DNA of 64,000 nucleotides from Eledone cirrhosa (Eukaryota): NCBI GenBank assembly GCA_964016885.1, contig OZ024762.1, positions 20,212,001 to 20,276,000 of the forward strand, read 5' to 3'. Shown piece by piece: positions 59,501 to 64,000 of this stretch (position 1 is its first letter; each line of letters starts with the position of its first letter). The notes under the pieces were generated by a model. It saw only the letters and a program-made list of their open reading frames with translations, ran no database searches and was not told where the DNA came from. The position numbers and the translations under genes were made by a program.

Positions 59501-62500
59501 TACTTAGATCATAATAATAGCTTCTACCTCATATATACTTAGATCATAATAATAGCTTCTATCTCATATATACTTAGATAGATCATAATAATAGCTTCTA
59601 CCTCATATATACTTAGATCATAATAATAGCTTCTATCTCATATATACTTAGATCATAATAATAGCTTCTATCTCATATATACTTAGATCATAATAATAGC
59701 TTCTACCTCATATATACTTAGATAGATCATAATAATAGCTTCTATCTCATATATACTTAGATAGATCATAATAATAGCTTCTACCTCATATATACTTAGA
59801 TCATAATAATAGCTTCTACCTCATATATACTTAGATCATAATAATAGCTTCTACCTCATATATACTTAGATAGATCATAATAATAGCTTCTATCTCATAT
59901 ATACTTAGATAGATCATAATAATAGCTTCTACCTCATATATACTTAGATCATAATAATAGCTTCTATCTCATATATACTTAGATCATAATAATAGCTTCT
60001 ATCTCATATATACTTAGATCATAATAATAGCTTCTATCTCATATATACTTAGATCATAATAATAGCTTCTACCTCATATATACTTAGATAGATCATAATA
60101 ATAGCTTCTATCTCATATATACTTAGATCATAATAATAGCTTCGATCTCATATATACTGAGATAGATCATAATAATAGCTTCTATCTCATATATACTTAG
60201 ATAGATCATAATAATAGCTTCTATCTCATATATACTTAGATAGATCATAATAATAGCTTCTATCTCATATATACTTACATAGATCACAACAATTCCCCTA
60301 TGACTCTATCAGGAGTTACAGGTACATAATATACACATGATGAAAACAAAATAAAAAAATAAACACACTGACTAAAAATTGTATTTATTTCAAGTGAATG
60401 ACATAGCAGTTCTAACCCTGGATGAGGCAGTAACATTTGATGACTGTGTGAAACCAATCAGACTGGCATCACCAAACGAAGAATTTATTGATTCTTGCAA
60501 GCTAGCTGGATGGGGCAAAACTAAAGGTAAGTGATAGGGATCTCACTCAAAACAAAGTATATACACTCGATGTGGAGTATATACTCCACATTGTTTGTTT
60601 ATACTCTATCTCGAATAAGCCCTTTAACTATTATTTTTATTAAGTTTTAAAATTAATTGCAATTTCCACCAACAGATTCGTTGTTTAGAAACCACAAGTA
60701 GTCACTAATAACAGGGGGCACAAGCTCTCCTACCCCCCGATGTCATCTCCAGAGATTCTGGTATTGAAATCCAGGATTTGGCAACGGCAATGAACGACAG
60801 ACCCACGTGGAGGTCCACTGTTGAGTCGATTTCAGCTGAGGCCACCTGATGATGATGATATTTAATGCTACATTTTACCGTCACCGCCACCTCCACACCA
60901 CCACCACCACCCACCCTGGTTCTATGAAATAAAACCACCCAATTTAACCCCTTAGTTACCAACCTGGCCAAAATTGGCTCTTGTTCCATGCAATAAAGGA
61001 TTCCATCATCATCATCATCATTTTACGTCCGCTTTTCCCTGCTTGCAAGGGTGGGACGGTTCTTATTCAGCACAGCATCTCTCCATTCGTCACGGTCCTT
61101 CATCATCTCCACCGCAAGCTTCAGCGATCTGAGGTCTGTTCTCACCACCTCCGCCCATGTTTTTCGTGGTCTACTTCTACCACGTCTTCCTTCAACTGGC
61201 ATTTCCTGGCACTTCTCCACCCATCGGTCATCCTCCATGCACATCACATGTCCATACCACTGCAGTCTCCTCTCTCACATATTACATTTTATCCCTCTCA
61301 GACACAGTTTCTCTCTCAACACATCCATGCTGGGTCGTTCACGCACATTGACATTGCACATCCAACGGAGCATGCTTGCCTCATTTCTCTCCAGCCGTCG
61401 CATATCCTCTGCAGTTGCTGCCCAAGTCTCACTACCATGCAGCATCGCGCTCCTCACACAGGCATCATATAACTGGCCTTTCGTATGCAGGGAGAAACCC
61501 TTCTTCGTCAGCAGAGGAAGCAGTTCCCTAAACTTCTTCCAACCCTTCCTTTAAATTAAAATTTTCCAACATGATTTTATATAAGAACTTTACATTAAGT
61601 TATTATCTTAGTAATGTAATGATAACAATTTTAATAAATCCCTCAAAATTCTTCATTAATTAATTGAAACAGAATGTATTTCATTAGAAATGTGGACATG
61701 AAAGGATTAAACAAAATAAGGTCATGCTTAGAACATTTAAATTAAACACATGTTTAGGCCACCAAGAAAAGAAGGACACCATTTTATCCAAATTATACAT
61801 GTTTAAGGCATTGAGAAAAGGGGAACACCATTTTATTTAAACTAAACACATTTTTAATGGACCAAGGAAATGACACTATTTTATCCAAATAAACACGTTT
61901 GGGGCACCAAGAAAAGACGGACACTATTTTATCCAAATTAAACACGTTTGGGCACCAAGAAAAGACGGACACCATGTTATCTAAATTAAACATGTTTAGG
62001 GCACCAAGAAAAGACGGACACCATGTTATCTAAATTAAACATGTTTAGGGCACCAAGGAAAGAAGAACACCAATGTGCTCAAGTTAAATGTATGCTGTTC
62101 CAAAATAATTTTTTATTTTTGTTAGATTTTATATGGAAAGAGGGGGTGGCATAATAATCATTTAAGTGATTTGGGCCCTAAAATTATTTGATTTGGCCCC
62201 TCATTACCCAAATGTCCAGTCAACCTGTGGTTGGTAGATAAATTTGAATGTTAAACTGAGAAGTTACCGTATTTCCCGGCGTCGAAGATGCTACTTTTTT
62301 CCTAACATAATTCACAAAAATCTAACATGCGTCTTGGAGGCCAAAGGTTTTTTATTATTTTTTTTTCAAATTTTTGGTGCATCCTCAAGGGCGAAGCGTC
62401 TTCAGTACTGGGGAATACGGTAAATCTGTTTAATTTCTATCTTGTCTGTAGGTCTTGACAGTTCTTCTTCAATAAAGTTGTTATATGCTGATGTTCCAAT

Positions 62501-63215
62501 TGTTAAGCCAAGTATTTGTAAAAAAGAAGCTGACTCTATCAAAGATCAACATTTGTGTGCTGGAGATATGAAAACAAATGGTAAAACCTCCTGTGTGGTA
62601 AGTTCTTTGTTGTTTTTGTTTAGTTAATGGTGTCACAAGGTCATGAATTGGTAGATTCATTAGGAAACATCAGATTAAAAGCCTTGGTATTTGTTTTGAG
62701 TCACTTCTCTTTGAGTTCAAATCCTGACGAGACCAACTTTGCCTTTCATCTTTTTAAGGTTTTAAATAAAGTACCAGTCTAGTACTTTTTAAGGTTTTAG
62801 GGTTGATAAATAAAGTACCAGTCTAGTACTTTTAAGTAAATGACACTTGCCCAGGATGTCAATCAGTGGAACCAAACTCTGAACCTGAGTGTACTCTGAA
62901 CCTGTGTACACAGACATACACACACATACATACACACACACCCATACACCCACACACACACACACATACATACATACATACATACAAACATACATACATA
63001 CATGCATGTTTTCACACACATACATGCATGTTTTCATTCAATTTTGATGTTGTTTTCAGGGAGATTCTGGTGGTCCTTTGTCCTGCACCAGTGCTGATGA
63101 TGGAGAAACAGTCTTGGCTGGTGTCATTTCCTATGGCTGGGACTGTACTAATGGATTGTCTGTCATGACTAAAGTTTCTCATTTCAAGGACTGGATTGAG
63201 AAAGAACTGCAATAG
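48229..63215 (+). CDS. Secreted S1A (trypsin/chymotrypsin-fold) serine protease, 6 exons, 789-nt CDS, 262 aa: join(48229..48277,51487..51667,56368..56492,60395..60526,62452..62597,63060..63215)
   Basis: Manual splicing gives one uninterrupted frame. All introns are GT-AG, all five donors are GTAAGT, and phases are compatible (1,2,1,1,0). Contains signal peptide MFSFLTLLSFAIVASGGVNS, IIGG, QCGGS, LTAAHC (His57), NDIAVL (Asp102), AGWG, LCAG, GDSGGP (Ser195) and C-terminal TKVSHFKDWI. Confidence 0.95.
51487..51667 (+). CDS. Serine protease exon 2 (propeptide, IIGG N-terminus, catalytic His)
   Basis: ttgtag acceptor; translates (G)VNSAIIGGSVFVHNIIGGTAAGKCDIPYITLVYVKKTDKSYQCGGSFIDNRHVLTAAHC(V); GTAAGT donor. 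Confidence 0.95.
52406..53457. repeat. 75-bp tandem repeat, 14 copies, in protease intron 2
   Basis: Period of 75 (52481 to 52556); two main variable sites (aatG/Tt and gttC/Tg). Confidence 0.96.
54353..54548. repeat. Perfect 196-bp spacerless palindrome in protease intron 2
   Basis: Checked block by block: 98-bp arms, no mismatch, centre 54450/54451. Confidence 0.95.
54765..55530 (-). mobile_element. Second Penelope-like 3' remnant (GIY-YIG tail plus degenerate hammerhead)
   Basis: 55404-55463 minus reads RCREQQLIFSLQNFHPPSLN (R..EQ..IF.L.T..P.GLN type). Downstream on the same strand: CTGAGGA-AGGGC-TTAA-GCCC-AACACGTC at about 54843-54872. Paralogous terminus at 41930-42060. Confidence 0.6.
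56101..56209 (+). ncRNA. Hammerhead-like motif with long stem II insert
   Basis: CTGAAGA-A-GTGACA...TGTTAC-A-GAAAC-ATAT-GTC; palindromic stem III ACATATGT and GUC triplet; stem I not evident. Confidence 0.4.
56368..56492 (+). CDS. Serine protease exon 3
   Basis: tctttag acceptor; TGDVVKIYVLYGFLNKYFQKKYVTVSKNVPHPKFTISENSV contains the HPxF/Y motif; GTAAGT donor; phase 2 in, 1 out. Confidence 0.9.
57035..57520 (-). mobile_element. RTE-like LINE 3' remnant with C-terminal zinc-finger-like motif
   Basis: ALERETW...VCSEWEKICLNKSGLRSHSRSH; tail related to 26085-26250. Confidence 0.65.
57548..57850 (-). mobile_element. Non-autonomous Helitron (3' end clear, 5' end uncertain)
   Basis: Minus strand ends TCCCGAGCAATGCCGGGCCATTCTGCTAG|T: GC hairpin about 12 nt before a CTAG terminus followed by T. 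Confidence 0.65.
58016..60287. repeat. 35/39-bp tandem satellite, about 60 copies (GATCATAATAATAGCTTCTAYCTCATATATACTTA +/- GATA), in protease intron 3
   Basis: Period of 35 measured (58091 to 58126), 39 with the extra GATA. Confidence 0.95.
60395..60526 (+). CDS. Serine protease exon 4 (catalytic Asp)
   Basis: tttcaag acceptor; NDIAVLTLDEAVTFDDCVKPIRLASPNEEFIDSCKLAGWGKTK; GTAAGT donor. Confidence 0.95.
61005..61550 (-). mobile_element. RTE-clade LINE 3' remnant, longest copy, in protease intron 4
   Basis: VRSAMLHGSETWA...RLERNEASMLRWMCNV...MEDDRWVEKC...SRPRKTW...DRDEWR then (ATG)n tail. Confidence 0.88.
61738..62075. repeat. About 49-bp degenerate minisatellite, about 7 copies
   Basis: aaattaaacatgtttagggcaccaagaaaagacggacaccat repeated. 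Confidence 0.8.
62452..62597 (+). CDS. Serine protease exon 5
   Basis: ctgtag acceptor; LDSSSSIKLLYADVPIVKPSICKKEADSIKDQHLCAGDMKTNGKTSCV; phase-0 GTAAGT donor. Confidence 0.95.
63060..63215 (+). CDS. Serine protease exon 6 (catalytic Ser, stop)
   Basis: ttttcag acceptor; GDSGGPLSCTSADDGETVLAGVISYGWDCTNGLSVMTKVSHFKDWIEKELQ*. Confidence 0.95.
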   Translation, partial: GDSGGPLSCTSADDGETVLAGVISYGWDCTNGLSVMTKVSHFKDWIEKELQ

Positions 63216-63321
63216 ATCTCAAACACCCCACTCAGATATATCGATATATACGACGTGGTTGAGAGTGAACATAACTTAATTTCAAGCAAACATCTCAGAT
63301 ATATCATTATATTCAGGCAAC

Positions 63322-63327
63322 AATAAA
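63322..63327 (+). terminator. Putative polyadenylation signal AATAAA of the protease gene
   Basis: First AATAAA about 105 nt after the stop, followed by T-rich sequence. Confidence 0.6.
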
Positions 63328-64000
63328 TGATTTATTATTTCATCCAGTGTTCTATTCATTTATTTATCTTCTCTATTTTATATTGTACTTTGCCCTGATG
63401 ATAGAATATCTATTTATATGAAGGATGACAGCTGCATAAAAAGGTGCAGAGCGCTCAAAGTCGATGGATGCCTTGGAGTGGGGGAGACCCAGGAAGACTT
63501 GGGATGAAGTGTTAAAAGCCAACCTTGTCCAATTGTATCTCTCAAAGGTGATGACACAGGACCGAGATCTCTGGCATTACGCAGTAATACAGATCTAATT
63601 TCCCACGGGGACAGGCTGAAGCTGAAACATATATACAGTATGCACCACCCCATCCCATCCTCCCATACATATCCCATGAGGACAGGCTAAAACACTGTCA
63701 AGTGGTCATGATGGTGACATTGTAAAAAGCACCCAGTACTCACTGTAAAGAGGTCATATAGGTGTCATGACAAAAAGCACCCAGTACTCAACATAAAGTG
63801 GTCATGTAGGTATCATGACGAAAAGCACCCAGTACACACTGTAAGTGGTCACATAGGTGACACGACAAAAAGCTCCAAGTACTCACTGGTCAAGTAGGTG
63901 TCATGACAAAAAGCAGCCAGTCCACACTGTAAAGTGGTTGTGTAGGCGCCACAACAAAAAGCACCCAGTACTCACTGTAAATGAGGTTGGTATTAGGAAG

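Noticed and set aside
62580-62597. Calling the protease trypsin
   Set aside because: Residue 189 is Thr rather than Asp, so no gene symbol is assigned.

Overview
AT-rich, microsatellite-dense eukaryotic DNA, most likely cephalopod (octopus-like), inferred from the SINE/LINE families and the protease type. Almost every ORF in the supplied track is an artefact of (TA)n, (CA)n or (AAC)n repeats. One complete gene can be built by hand: a six-exon secreted S1A (chymotrypsin-fold) serine protease on + (48229-63215, 262 aa). It has an intact His/Asp/Ser triad, Thr at the S1 pocket, an extra cysteine pair and two tandem IIGG activation motifs. Candidate exons of a second, unidentified + strand gene lie at about 1918-2211, 7336-7436, 24752-24830 and 34739-34780. 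The rest is mobile or repeat DNA: two tRNA-derived SINE families, RTE/CR1/Tx1 LINE remnants, Helitron pieces, TTAA- and TA-flanked MITEs, and several satellites (4.8 kb of 47-mers, 2.3 kb of 35/39-mers, 14x75-mers). The most striking unexplained pattern is a set of short fold-back elements from unrelated families sharing one architecture, (TA)n-arm-inverted arm-unpaired tail-(TA)n. Many carry minimal hammerhead-ribozyme cores, and two such terminal sequences adjoin GIY-YIG-like ORF remnants, which points to Penelope-like retroelement termini inserted into TA microsatellites. Repeat boundaries were read by eye and are approximate.
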